Of a stretch of 64,000 nucleotides of DNA, positions 39,727 through 49,994 are shown in pieces. Position 1 is the first letter of the stretch; each line of letters begins with the position of its first letter. The stretch comes from Candidatus Pelearchaeum maunauluense. Its GTDB lineage: Archaea > Thermoproteota > Nitrososphaeria_A > Caldarchaeales > Caldarchaeaceae. Below the pieces are notes generated by a model. The model did not search any database. It was not told where the DNA came from and saw only the letters and a program-made list of their open reading frames with translations. The position numbers and the translations under genes are program-made. Where the stretch lies: NCBI GenBank assembly GCA_030059675.1, contig JANVYQ010000006.1, positions 32,001 through 96,000 on the forward strand, in the 5' to 3' direction.

Positions 39727-39930
39727 CTATCGTTTCCTAATCTTCTTTACCGCTAAGCGGGTCATGACTATTCTCTTCTTTCCAGGCTGAACGACCATCT
39801 TGAGCTTATCACCTTCTTTGAAGGGGAACTGGCTGTCAGAGCCTATCTTTGCTGGTATATGTATATAGTAGTAGCTCTTGCCGCTTACGTGGATTTTCTT
39901 CCTTAGATAGACGATGGCCGTCAGGGGCAT
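39727..39930 (-). CDS. Small AbrB-like DNA-binding protein
   Basis: YYIHIPAKIGSDSQFPFKEGDKL; start reassigned to ATG 39930. Confidence 0.75.
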   Translation of the reverse strand: MPLTAIVYLRKKIHVSGKSYYYIHIPAKIGSDSQFPFKEGDKLKMVVQPGKKRIVMTRLAVKKIRKR

Positions 39931-40041
39931 TTCCAGCTTTATGGGCAGCCTGCCTGGGATATAAGAATTACCCATAAAAACAGCGGTAAGTTTATCTACA
40001 ACATGCCTACCTCACATGCTCGGAAAAAATTATAGATAAAA

Positions 40042-40773
40042 CTATCCTTTAGATGGCCCAAACATCATCTCGCGCCGCATAAGCTGTATCGCCAGCGCTG
40101 GGTCAACGCCTTTGGGGCATACCTGGCTGCATGAATCTGCGAAGTGGCAACGCCAAATGCCGTGAGCGCCATCCACGATCCTGATTCTCTCTTCACGGGC
40201 CTCGTCGCGCGTATCTATATAATATCTGTATAACTGGGCTAGCGCCTGTGGTCCTGGGAAGCTCTTGTCGGTTGATACTACTGGGCATGCGGAGTAGCAT
40301 AATGCGCATTTTATGCAGTATGCAAACTGGACATAACGTTCCAGCTCTTCTTCACTCTGCCTGTACTGCTCTCGCGGATTTTCCTGCTCCTCAACATCGC
40401 GTCTAATCAGATAGGGCTTTACCAGCTTATGCTTGTTGAAGAACTCGTCAAGGTCTGCGACTAAATCTTTGATTATTGGAAGATTTCTCAAAGGCTGAAC
40501 CAGTATATACTTGCTCCTCAGCTCAGATATTTGAGTAAAGCAAGCAAGTCTAGGTAGCCCGTTTATAGTCATTCCGCAGGAACCGCAGCTCGCCATCCTG
40601 CATGAATATCTGATAGATAACGTGGGGTCTAGGTTTTCTTTTATGTAGATAAGCGCGTCTAGCACTGTCATGCCCCTGAATGTCGGAACTCTATAGTTTT
40701 GATAACGCGGCTTTCCACCGTTGGACGGGTCGTATCTATATACTCGTAGCAAGACTTCACTGGTTCCAGACAT
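40042..40773 (-). CDS. sdhB: Succinate dehydrogenase iron-sulfur subunit
   Basis: SCRMASCGSC, CIKCALCYSACP, CHFADSCSQVCP; start reassigned to ATG 40773. Confidence 0.96.
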   Translation of the reverse strand: MSGTSEVLLRVYRYDPSNGGKPRYQNYRVPTFRGMTVLDALIYIKENLDPTLSIRYSCRMASCGSCGMTINGLPRLACFTQISELRSKYILVQPLRNLPIIKDLVADLDEFFNKHKLVKPYLIRRDVEEQENPREQYRQSEEELERYVQFAYCIKCALCYSACPVVSTDKSFPGPQALAQLYRYYIDTRDEAREERIRIVDGAHGIWRCHFADSCSQVCPKGVDPALAIQLMRREMMFGPSKG

Positions 40774-40775
40774 GC

Positions 40776-41147
40776 CTAAGCTACCCCCTGAGCTATTGAG
40801 TATGCTATGATGATTGTTCTCGTGCCGTATATCACTACGAGTAGAGCCACTACTGTCAATGCCCACGTTACGGCGTGTTCCCATCTTGGAGACTGGTAAA
40901 GTTCTATCAATATGACACGCAGCCCGTTGAATGCGTGGAATGCAACGAATAGCAATAGAGCCTCTAGAGAGCCTGCTAGGATAGCGTTTCTATAAACACC
41001 CATCACGGCAAAGGGAGAGCCTGCGAACTCTAGATTCTCCTTAACGGGAGCCGTGAGGAATACTGTGCCTATATGGACGGCGCCAGCTACCAATATGCCC
41101 AGTCCAGTCAAATAGTGTATGAGCATTAGCGTTCTCTCGCTCACCAT
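40776..41147 (-). CDS. sdhD: Succinate dehydrogenase membrane anchor subunit D
   Basis: Three TMs, FHAFNGLR heme-ligand His motif. Confidence 0.88.
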   Translation of the reverse strand: MVSERTLMLIHYLTGLGILVAGAVHIGTVFLTAPVKENLEFAGSPFAVMGVYRNAILAGSLEALLLFVAFHAFNGLRVILIELYQSPRWEHAVTWALTVVALLVVIYGTRTIIIAYSIAQGVA

Positions 41148-41149
41148 AG

Positions 41150-41644
41150 CTAAGCCAACACCCCGAAGAATGCATTAGTAGTATAGACCAATGCGAAGAC
41201 CGCAAACGCTATGCTGGCCCAGAAAAGCGCGCGCTGCGTGGGGGACATTGACTGTGGCCTATGCATTGGTTCTGGCCTTGTCGGCCTTCCCAGCCCCCAG
41301 CCGAAATGCGCCAAGAAGAGTCTTATCCCGTTGATTGTGTGGAACGCCACAAAGAACCCTATAATAGCCAGGCCAGCGTCAAAGAGTGGGTTGCTTAGGA
41401 ATTTTATCGTCTCGGTCCAGACGCGCTCAGCGTATTGCTGTGCGTCGGGTCTGATAGTCCATACAGAGGGCCCTCCAACCACGTAGCCAGTTTCAACAAT
41501 ATGGGCTACGAAATACAGTGTGATAACCACGCCACTGATGCGTTGGAGTGTGTAGCTCCATCTCTCAAGCCCATACCTATACGGGACGAGCCAGGTTCTT
41601 AGAGCTTCCACAAGGACGGCTAGGCCATTCCTTCTACCAGCCAT
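41150..41644 (-). CDS. sdhC: Succinate dehydrogenase cytochrome b subunit C
   Basis: LQRISG, FHTINGIR, three TMs; start reassigned to ATG 41644. Confidence 0.88.
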   Translation of the reverse strand: MAGRRNGLAVLVEALRTWLVPYRYGLERWSYTLQRISGVVITLYFVAHIVETGYVVGGPSVWTIRPDAQQYAERVWTETIKFLSNPLFDAGLAIIGFFVAFHTINGIRLFLAHFGWGLGRPTRPEPMHRPQSMSPTQRALFWASIAFAVFALVYTTNAFFGVLA

Positions 41645-41657
41645 TAGAACCACACCT

Positions 41658-43373
41658 CTAGTACTTCCTCTCAACTGGCTGGTATTTGTCTATATGAACT
41701 GGAGCATAGCTGAGCTCTGGGCCTTCAACGGTGTAGTGTATGAGTGTGTGGCTTAGCCAGTTCTGGTCATCGCGTTTGGGATAGTCTCTGCGTGCATGGG
41801 CGCCTCTTGACTCACGGCGCTGTAGGGCGGCTGTAACTATTATCTCTCCCACGTTAACCATAGCTTCAATCTCAAGCACGTTTGTCAAGTTAGTGTTATA
41901 CGCCCTACTACTATCTTCAACACCCATGTATGGTAGCTGCTTAAGCTCGCGTATCATCCTAAGACCCTCAATCATGGACTTCTCATCACGGTATATGTGG
42001 CAATGAGATTCCATCGTTCTCTGCATCTTTTTCTTGACCTCGTAGGGGTTTATTCGTGGTGCTTTTCCTAGGAGGCCGTCAAAGATTCTCTTCTCCTCCT
42101 TCTGAACCTGTTCTGTGGGAAGGCTGCTTGAGAAGCCATTTTCCATCGCATACCTTGCTGCCGCCTCACCAGTTATACGTCCCCAGACCAGACACTCTAT
42201 AGTGGAGTTTGAGCCTAATCTGTTGGCGCCGTTTATGCTTATACACGCCGCCTCCCCAGCAGCCCAGAGTCCAGCGATGGGCGTAGCGCCGTAGATGTTG
42301 GTGTGTATGCCGCCCATATAGTAGTGCGCAACTGGCCGTACTGGAATCTTCTCATTCACAGGGTCTATCCCAGCCAGTTTTACGCATATCTCGCGTATCC
42401 CCGCGAGACGGCGTTTAAGCTTCTCAGGCTCTATTACCGTGAGGTCAAGCCACAAGTGGCTCATGCCGTCGGGGCCTTCTACTCCACGACCCTCAAGAAT
42501 CTCGGTGTACATGGCTCTAGAAACTATGTCGCGGGGTGCCAGCTCCATCTTCTGGGGTGCGTAGCGTTTTAGGAAGCGTTCCTCTTTTGCGTTGAGCAAG
42601 ACGCCCCCCTCTCCGCGTGCTGCCTCGGTTATCAGTATGCCAGATGGAACAAGCCCAGTGGGGTGGAACTGGACGAACTCCATATCCTTCAAAGGTGCGC
42701 CAGCCTTGTATGCTATGTAAAGCCCGTCGGGGGTTGAGGAATGTCCAAAGGTTGCGAAGGTGTACATTCTGCCAGCCCCTCCTGTGGCGATTATACAGCT
42801 CTTGGCCTTGACTGCGTGTAGCTCGCCTGTTTTCATCTCTATTGCGGTTAAACCTCTAAAGCGGTTTTCTTCAACGATTAGCGATGTGGCAAACCACTCT
42901 TGATAGAACGTTATGTTATCCCACTTGAGCGCGGTATCGTATAACGTCTGCATCTCGAAGAACCCGACCTTATCCTCGGCGAAGCAGGCGCGTGGGTAGC
43001 TCATGCCGCCAAATGCCCGCTGGGCTATCCTACCATCCTCACGACGCGCCCAGGGCATCCCCCAGTGCTCCAGCTGGATAATCTCGCGCGGCGCACTATG
43101 GACGAAGAGCTCAACGGCGTTCTGGTCTGCTAGAAAATCGCTTCCCTTGATCGTGTCGTATATATGGGACTCGAATGAGTCGCCCTCCTCGGGATAGAGC
43201 ACGGCGGCTGTCCCTCCCTCGGCAGAAACGGAGTGTGAGCGCATAACCTGGGTTTTCGTTACGACAGCTACTGAGAGCTTGCCTCTGCTAACACGGCTAG
43301 CCTCAATAGCGGCGCGGAGCCCAGCGAGACCTGAGCCAACTATTACCACATCATGCTCTAGAACCTCAACCAT
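41658..43373 (-). CDS. sdhA: Succinate dehydrogenase flavoprotein
   Basis: RSHSVSAEGG, QFHPT, HYYMGG, GANRLGSNS, ESRGAH; start reassigned to ATG 43373. Confidence 0.97.
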   Translation of the reverse strand: MVEVLEHDVVIVGSGLAGLRAAIEASRVSRGKLSVAVVTKTQVMRSHSVSAEGGTAAVLYPEEGDSFESHIYDTIKGSDFLADQNAVELFVHSAPREIIQLEHWGMPWARREDGRIAQRAFGGMSYPRACFAEDKVGFFEMQTLYDTALKWDNITFYQEWFATSLIVEENRFRGLTAIEMKTGELHAVKAKSCIIATGGAGRMYTFATFGHSSTPDGLYIAYKAGAPLKDMEFVQFHPTGLVPSGILITEAARGEGGVLLNAKEERFLKRYAPQKMELAPRDIVSRAMYTEILEGRGVEGPDGMSHLWLDLTVIEPEKLKRRLAGIREICVKLAGIDPVNEKIPVRPVAHYYMGGIHTNIYGATPIAGLWAAGEAACISINGANRLGSNSTIECLVWGRITGEAAARYAMENGFSSSLPTEQVQKEEKRIFDGLLGKAPRINPYEVKKKMQRTMESHCHIYRDEKSMIEGLRMIRELKQLPYMGVEDSSRAYNTNLTNVLEIEAMVNVGEIIVTAALQRRESRGAHARRDYPKRDDQNWLSHTLIHYTVEGPELSYAPVHIDKYQPVERKY

Positions 43374-43466
43374 GAAGCATCGCTCAAGAAGATGTTTGAG
43401 CGGCCAATAATAAATAAGTTTGTTAGGGAATTGTGGGGTTTGTGAAAAGCGACTTAAAGTAGACAC

Positions 43467-45149
43467 GTGTTGGGGATGGCTATGCTTGACAGCCCTGCTG
43501 TTATACTGGCTTTGTGCTTACTTGCCTATTGGCTTCTCTCCAGGAGGCTTGGTCTAAATCTTTCAGATAGCCGTATTGGTATGGGTAGCGGGCTGCCCTA
43601 TGGGCTTGACCGCGTGTTTTCGGTAGCTAGTATTGCAGTTGTTGCGGCTGCCGTTGGAGCTCCAATAGCCATCAGTGAGTATGGTGTGTTGCCGACATTA
43701 TTAACGATTGTGATTGGAACATTATTATTCGGCTACGTAATAGAAAGAGGTGGAGACAGGCCCTTTCTTAACCTGCTATCTCAATCGCTGGTTTTACGCC
43801 ATGTAAAACTGGCTAAGCTAGCTGTACTTCTATACCTAATACTCATGGGCTCTTTTCTAGCTCTACTCCTGGGAGAGATTATAGTAGCGCATCCATCTAT
43901 GCCGTTTGCGTTATTTTCGTTTGTTATAGCTGCGGCCTTGTTAAGTCTTTACGTATCCAGATTTAAGACTGGTTTCACAGCATCTCTCATTTCTGCTCTC
44001 TTCCTTGGAGTGTTGGGGGCGGTCATAGGCCTTTACTGGGAATACTCCATAGATAGCTCTGCAGCCAACATACTACAACCACTCTCCAACGGAGAAGCGC
44101 AGCTTATGGCGGTGTGGTTCATCATACTCATAGTTCTCGTTATAGCGCCAACAATCCATCAAAAGTCGCGACAATTCAAACATCATCTAACGTATCTACT
44201 TGCAATAATCGCAATTCCAATCTTGATGCTCATAATTCTTGGCATAGGAATAACATCAATATTGGGCGAATCAGTCTCTGAATCGTATTTGGTGATGCCT
44301 CCTGCCAGCGGGCTTATAGTGGAGGAAGCTGTTGAGGCGGGGGGAGAGGCTATTAGGATTATGATGCCTCCAGCTATCCCTGCTCTCTTACTAGTTTTGG
44401 CAGCGGCAGTAGCGAATCCAGTATTGGCGCTTCAAAATAATGGTAATGAGATGATCACCATCTCGCGTGCTGCGCGAGGTATTGCATTTATCGTTGGTGT
44501 GGTCTTTGCTGTAATAGTTGCGGCGCGCGGTGTGTTGGAATGGGGCTTATCATCTCTGATTAACGGTATCGCTGCGTTGCTTCTGCCTATCTTTGGTGAT
44601 GTAGCAGCACAGGCTCTGGAGCTTCTCTATTATATGATTCTCTTCTTCATAATTTTTACCGCCCTCTTAACGGCTGCCTCAGCATGGCATAACGTTCTCA
44701 TATCGTTGGATAGATTTAGCAAACCTGCTTTGCGGGTGGAGTTTTCGCTAATTTTGCTGGCGGTGCCAGCCTTGGTTATTGCTTTTGCGGGTTCCTGGCC
44801 TGTTCTCTGGCTTCTCTTCGGGTCGGCCAACTTTATGCTATTTGGGTTCATAGCTCTCTTGGGAGCGGTGCGTAGGGGCGGGAGGAGCTTGCTCCTTCTT
44901 GGGCTGGCTGTGGTGGCGGTAGCCCTGGCAGGGGCTACGTGGATTGCCATGGCTCTCCTAGTCTCGGTCAGCCTTTCCCTCCCCTTCACCGAGCAGGCTG
45001 CTGGGACTGTAACATTCTTCGGCTTAGAGCCCTTTCTGGTGGCGAATAGCGCTCTCCTAGCCATAACACTCACCTTAATGGCCATCGCGGTTCTTCTCAC
45101 CGCTGGTATTGTGCGGGCCTATCTTATGCGTAAGGCCAGCGCTGCTTGA
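43467..45149 (+). CDS. Polytopic membrane protein, divergent CstA-like
   Basis: Many TM segments; LWLLFGSANFML resembles the CstA WPLFGxxNQLL motif. Confidence 0.65.
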   Translation: MLGMAMLDSPAVILALCLLAYWLLSRRLGLNLSDSRIGMGSGLPYGLDRVFSVASIAVVAAAVGAPIAISEYGVLPTLLTIVIGTLLFGYVIERGGDRPFLNLLSQSLVLRHVKLAKLAVLLYLILMGSFLALLLGEIIVAHPSMPFALFSFVIAAALLSLYVSRFKTGFTASLISALFLGVLGAVIGLYWEYSIDSSAANILQPLSNGEAQLMAVWFIILIVLVIAPTIHQKSRQFKHHLTYLLAIIAIPILMLIILGIGITSILGESVSESYLVMPPASGLIVEEAVEAGGEAIRIMMPPAIPALLLVLAAAVANPVLALQNNGNEMITISRAARGIAFIVGVVFAVIVAARGVLEWGLSSLINGIAALLLPIFGDVAAQALELLYYMILFFIIFTALLTAASAWHNVLISLDRFSKPALRVEFSLILLAVPALVIAFAGSWPVLWLLFGSANFMLFGFIALLGAVRRGGRSLLLLGLAVVAVALAGATWIAMALLVSVSLSLPFTEQAAGTVTFFGLEPFLVANSALLAITLTLMAIAVLLTAGIVRAYLMRKASAA

Positions 45150-45176
45150 TGATGTTTATTAATAGCTGCCTACACC

Positions 45177-45632
45177 ATGCCGGGAGAAGGTAGGTGCCCG
45201 GCCTTGGGTAATGGGGAGTTCGCTGCGAGGCATTTGAAGGTCGTTAGGAACAGGTTTAGGTGGAGTAGTAGGAAGTATATGATTCGGATGCTTGGGCTGA
45301 AGGAGAAAGCTGACCCCCTAGAGGGCGCTCCCATGGGTAGGGGGATAGTTATACAGAAGGTTGGGATAGAGTCGCGACAGCCCAACTCAGCCGTAAGGAA
45401 GGCCGTGAGGGTCCAGCTCATAAAGAACAGTAAGGTCGTAACAGCCTTCCTACCAGGTGATGGCGCGCTCAATGTTGTTGATGAGCATGATGAAGTGCTC
45501 ATAGCGGGCATAGGCGGCTCTATGGGCAAGAGCATGGGCGACCTCCCTGGCGTGAGGTATAAGGTTATTTTGGTTAATGGCGTTCCGTTGGATAGGCTGA
45601 TAACTGGAGAAGTAAAGAAACCACGCAGATAG
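45177..45632 (+). CDS. rps12: 30S ribosomal protein uS12
   Basis: [23 protein letters not shown]; true start may be TTG 45204. Confidence 0.97.
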   Translation: MPGEGRCPALGNGEFAARHLKVVRNRFRWSSRKYMIRMLGLKEKADPLEGAPMGRGIVIQKVGIESRQPNSAVRKAVRVQLIKNSKVVTAFLPGDGALNVVDEHDEVLIAGIGGSMGKSMGDLPGVRYKVILVNGVPLDRLITGEVKKPRR

Positions 45633-45671
45633 CTTTACAAAGCCTAAACTAGGGAGATGAGAAACAAGTAA

Positions 45672-47131
45672 TCAGCTCACGCGCCTTCTCAATCCCCTAG
45701 ATGTTAGCTCTCTCCTTTCAACAAATTTCGCATAATAAAGCTTCGCTGCATTCATGATGCTCTCTTCACCTAGTTTCATTCCCATATCTGCGACTAGTAT
45801 AGTAATTATAGCATGGCCCATCGTCTCCAGAATCCGCTTAGCATGAAACTCTACCTCATACGCTGTCATGTGGGCCATTTTCCCAAGCATACTCTCAATG
45901 ACCTTAAGAGCCTTTGATGCCATCTCACTATCCACCAAGCCCTTCATATCATCCAACAATGGCATATGGGCCTTTTTCTTCACTATTGCCTCAAGCATAT
46001 CCAAAGCCTGTATGTTACTCGTTCCTTCCCATATCGGAGTGATGAGAAACTCGCGATGTAGGCGGAACCTCGTCAGAAACGCTCTGAAACTCCTGAACAG
46101 CCTTAAACATAAGAGCCAGACCACCGTCAATCAGCAGCTCCATCTCAAGAAGGTCATGCACGACTAGGGGATGCTCAATCAACTTCTTCCCAAAGGCTCT
46201 CCTAAACCGAGTATAACCCAAAGCCTCTAGAAACGCCTTACGCGCTATGCCCAGAGCTCCAGCAGAGTTGGCGAGGCGTGAGAACCTCAAATCCTCAAGC
46301 ACATAGTAGATTCCCTTCTCCAGCTCCCCAACTGGATATGCTACCGCGTCGTTAAACTCTACCTCACCCGTTGGGACGCTCTTGGTAGCGCTCTTCAGCT
46401 TAAGCCGCCTTATCGTGAAATTTGCCGAGCCGTCAGGACGTGTGCGCGGAACTAAAAAGAGGCCTACCTTAACACCTGGAGGAGCGCCCTCAGGCCTGGC
46501 TGTAACCAAAGCCACATCCGCAAGACCAGCATTACTGGTAAAATACTTCCAACTACCCGAAAGCCTCCAAGAGTCGCCGATTCTAACAGCCTTGGTAAGA
46601 TTAGCCCCTAGGTCGCCTCCTCCCTGAATCTCAGTAAACCACGTAGCCCCATACATTATAGGCTCAGCCTCGCCTATCAAATGCGGAACGAAGCGCTTAA
46701 GCTCACCACCGCCATATTTGGCAAGAGCATACGCGGTCTGTATAGTTACGGTGAGTATGCAGGCTATTCCGGGGTCAGAGACCAGGTATATTGCCGCGAA
46801 ATGCTCATGCCAGCTACCACCCCTGAAAGGTGGTTGGTTAACCTTATACTCGCGCATCAGCCTCTCAAGAACCCAACGCTGGGCTTGGTCAAGAAGAACA
46901 GCATCAACACGCTCACCCCTAATACTCCACATAACATGCCGCGGGTTCGCGAGCTTATCCACATAACCTGCAACCTCGTAAAGCTCCTTGCCAGCAAAAA
47001 GCGCCCAGCGATGATAAGTTGGGTGTTCTCCTAAGAAAATGTTTGAGAGTCAGCCTGAGGGGCTTATCAACCTCCTAAACATTAGTCCCATACACGCTTG
47101 AGATATGATGATAAATACTCCCCTGCGTCAT
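45672..47131 (-). pseudogene. Acyl-CoA dehydrogenase (AidB-like), multiply disrupted
   Basis: ATG 47131, TAG at 47075-47077, frameshift at the run 46996-47000, internal deletion near 46060; WFTEIQGG, RRAFGKKL, PIWEGTSNIQALD. Confidence 0.88.
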
Positions 47132-47173
47132 AGCTGAATCAATAAGTCTTCATGAGGCTTTATCATTTTCGGC

Positions 47174-47683
47174 CTAATCGTCCTCATCATCGCTGTCGCT
47201 GGATTCTTCATCAACCATCTCCTCACTCTCTTCCAGCCCTGCCTCTATAATTGATAGATAATGAGGGTCTATGTCAGGTAAGTATGAGCTGGTTAGACTC
47301 TCCTTGAGAGCTATCCCACCTACTAGGCCTGCGGTGAGCATGAATGGCAGCCATTCACGGTTCTCTTTCATAATCCTCGCAAGCTCGTTGCCATCTCTAC
47401 TTTCCGAGGCACGTTTAATAGAATCCACTACACTGCTTAGTGAGTATTCAGCCTGTCTAAGAGAGCTCACACCCATATCTGTCAGCTTATAGCTAACCCG
47501 CGAGACAAACAGGAATGAGCGCTTCTCCGCTATAGCATAGCCGTAGGATAGCATCTTATCTAATATGAGTCTAGCCTCATCCTCTCCAATCTTGGCGATG
47601 TTGGCAACCCTTCTCGGCGAGTATCTTCCCTTATGAATCAAATAGAGAACCAACAACTCATTAGGGCTTAACATAATCCCCAT
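47174..47683 (-). CDS. Winged-helix protein with acidic C-terminal tail
   Basis: HTH-like N-terminus, YKLTDMG wing, D/E-rich tail. Confidence 0.65.
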   Translation of the reverse strand: MGIMLSPNELLVLYLIHKGRYSPRRVANIAKIGEDEARLILDKMLSYGYAIAEKRSFLFVSRVSYKLTDMGVSSLRQAEYSLSSVVDSIKRASESRDGNELARIMKENREWLPFMLTAGLVGGIALKESLTSSYLPDIDPHYLSIIEAGLEESEEMVDEESSDSDDEDD

Positions 47684-47729
47684 CTACATCAACGGCCTAT
47701 TCCCATCAGCCGCTGCTTATATCAGTTGT

Positions 47730-48110
47730 CTAGAGCGTAGTCTGGCGCCTCATGACCTTCTTAAGAACCCTTATCTCATGTTCAAAATCTATACGGCCAT
47801 GGGTTATGAGGCCGCCGCCAAATGACTTAGGTATATGCAGCAACTCGTGGAGTATTATGTTCTCCTTCTCAGCTTCACTCAATTTATCAAAATTTTCCGA
47901 AATAAACTCTATCACATAAACAGGCTTCATTCCCAAACCCGTAAAGAATGCTTTTGAGGCTGAGTGTATCCTTGCATAAGTCCCGCGTGATTGAGAGCCA
48001 TAGCTTCGCACACACCTAACGCGGCTTGTATCTATGTAGTTAAGCGCCGCCTGCTCCACTATCTGCTTTACGCGCCTTTCCAAGTCTGGAGCTGGTTTAT
48101 AGCGTATCAT
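47730..48110 (-). CDS. Putative HEXXH metallopeptidase, conserved archaeal type
   Basis: YVIEFISENF...ILHELLHIP. Confidence 0.8.
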   Translation of the reverse strand: MIRYKPAPDLERRVKQIVEQAALNYIDTSRVRCVRSYGSQSRGTYARIHSASKAFFTGLGMKPVYVIEFISENFDKLSEAEKENIILHELLHIPKSFGGGLITHGRIDFEHEIRVLKKVMRRQTTL

Positions 48111-48195
48111 GCCCTAGCACGCGCCGCAGCCCAAAGTAGTAGCCCTATGCCATATCCTTAATGTATATTTCCTGCATGGACCCCGTGAGATTGGA

Positions 48196-49167
48196 ATGAA
48201 AGGAATTTGGCGTATAACCGCTGCTCTTACTCTACTCCTATTAATTATAGCCGCCCTCATCTCAACACAACAAAAAACTGGAGAAGAAGTCAAAATCCTC
48301 TACGCGGGTTCTCTAATATCCCTAATGGAAACCAGCATAGGGCCAGCATTCGCACGCGAAACGGGTTTTAGATACCTGGGAGAGGGCCATGGGTCTATCC
48401 AAAATGCATACATGCTGATAGATGGCCAGCGTTTCCCAGACGTATTTATCAGCGCAGGCACAGAAGCGATGGAGCTTCTCATGAAGAATGAACAACCATT
48501 AGTATCCTGGTACATGACTTTTGCTGCAGATGAAATAGTAATAGCATACAATAAGAAAAGCCCAGCAGCAGGTCTTCTTGAAAAAGCAGCGCGTGGCGAG
48601 CTACCCTGGTATGAAGTCTTATCCAAGCCTGATATACTTTTTCTCCGCACAGACCCGGAGCTTGACCCAAAGGGGTATTATACCGTAATAATGGCGCGGC
48701 TCGCTGACATATTTTATGGAAACTCGTCAATAAGTAGTTCTATTCTAAGGGGTGAGCGTAATCTGGATTTCATAAGGCCTGAAGAGGTGTTGATAACGTT
48801 GCTTGAGTCTGGTGAGACTGATGCGGTGAGCGCTTACTTGCATGAGGCTGTTGAGCGAGGTCTACCGTTTATACAGCTACCGCCTGAGATAAGTCTGGGA
48901 TATCCAGAGTTCGCAGAGTTCTACAAGAAGGCTAACTACACAACTGAGAGTGGAAATGTTATAGTTGGCAAGCCGATAGTCTTCGCTGTTACGATTCCAG
49001 AAACCGCTAATAACGTGGAAGGTGCGCTTGCTTTCATAAGGTTTCTCCTCTCAGATGAGGCTGGAAAAATTATGGAGAAGCATGGCTTTAGGAGGATAAG
49101 GCCGCAGATACATGGAGAGGCTCCACAGGAGATAATTAACCTACTTAAGAGGGTTAATCATGAGTAG
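48196..49167 (+). CDS. wtpA: Tungstate/molybdate ABC substrate-binding protein, WtpA type
   Basis: AGSL, PDVFISA, DPELDPKGY, RPEE, LPPEISLG, GKPIVFAVTIP. Confidence 0.85.
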   Translation: MKGIWRITAALTLLLLIIAALISTQQKTGEEVKILYAGSLISLMETSIGPAFARETGFRYLGEGHGSIQNAYMLIDGQRFPDVFISAGTEAMELLMKNEQPLVSWYMTFAADEIVIAYNKKSPAAGLLEKAARGELPWYEVLSKPDILFLRTDPELDPKGYYTVIMARLADIFYGNSSISSSILRGERNLDFIRPEEVLITLLESGETDAVSAYLHEAVERGLPFIQLPPEISLGYPEFAEFYKKANYTTESGNVIVGKPIVFAVTIPETANNVEGALAFIRFLLSDEAGKIMEKHGFRRIRPQIHGEAPQEIINLLKRVNHE

Positions 49168-49183
49168 CGCATAAGGAATAGCC

Positions 49184-49972
49184 TTGGCGTTCGCGGCTAT
49201 CTTAATAATCCTAGCATGCGTTCTTCTAATCTACATAATACTACCCATAGCTGGGGTTTTCTTCAGAGTGGACATCTACAACGTGGCCCAATCCTTCTCC
49301 AGGCCCCAGCTTATTTCTGCTCTCGGTCTTAGTATCCAGACCGCTACTATTGCGACTTTCTTAGCTGCCCTAACTGGAGTACCCCTAGCGTATATCTTGG
49401 CTCGCGGCAGTTCTCGTCTCTCCGACATTATCAGGGTTCTGGTAGCTCTCCCACTCGTCTTTCCTCCCCTCATAGCTGGTGCAGCACTCCTAAACATATA
49501 CGGCTTAACATCACCAATAGGCCAGCTTGCCCGCGAGCTAGGCATACAGCTAACCCAGTCTCCCATAGGTATAGTGCTGGCTCAACTCTTCGTCTCCTCA
49601 CCATTCGTAGTCCTTTCAGCCGCAGCAGCATTTGAGAGGATTGATAAATACTATGAGTATGTCTCGCGCACCCTAGGCAAAAGCCCTGGCGAGACATTCA
49701 TACGCGTAACCCTCCCATTAGCTTGGCGTGGAATAGCTACGGGGCTTATACTGGCATGGATAAGGGCTATGGGCGAATTCGGAGCCACGGTCATGATGGC
49801 ATACAACCCAAAAACAGTCTCGATACAGCTTTGGGAGGATAACGCCGTAGGCGGCCTCAGCATGGCGCTACCTGGCGTTGTAGTAGTCATATTAACCATA
49901 CTCATATTATTGGCCGCGTGGGCCTGGATATCGCTTGGGAGACAGAGGGAATCTGGCTCACCACTATACTAG
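49184..49972 (+). CDS. wtpB: Tungstate/molybdate ABC permease
   Basis: LPLVFPPLIAG, AQLFVSSPF, RAMGEFGA. Confidence 0.88.
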   Translation: MAFAAILIILACVLLIYIILPIAGVFFRVDIYNVAQSFSRPQLISALGLSIQTATIATFLAALTGVPLAYILARGSSRLSDIIRVLVALPLVFPPLIAGAALLNIYGLTSPIGQLARELGIQLTQSPIGIVLAQLFVSSPFVVLSAAAAFERIDKYYEYVSRTLGKSPGETFIRVTLPLAWRGIATGLILAWIRAMGEFGATVMMAYNPKTVSIQLWEDNAVGGLSMALPGVVVVILTILILLAAWAWISLGRQRESGSPLY

Positions 49973-49994
49973 AAAATCCTAAGGTGACTTTGTC

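Noticed and set aside
47105-47137. ATGATGA...CTGA as a box C/D sRNA
   Set aside because: No complete C-D'-C'-D arrangement; it is the antisense of the acyl-CoA dehydrogenase 5' end.
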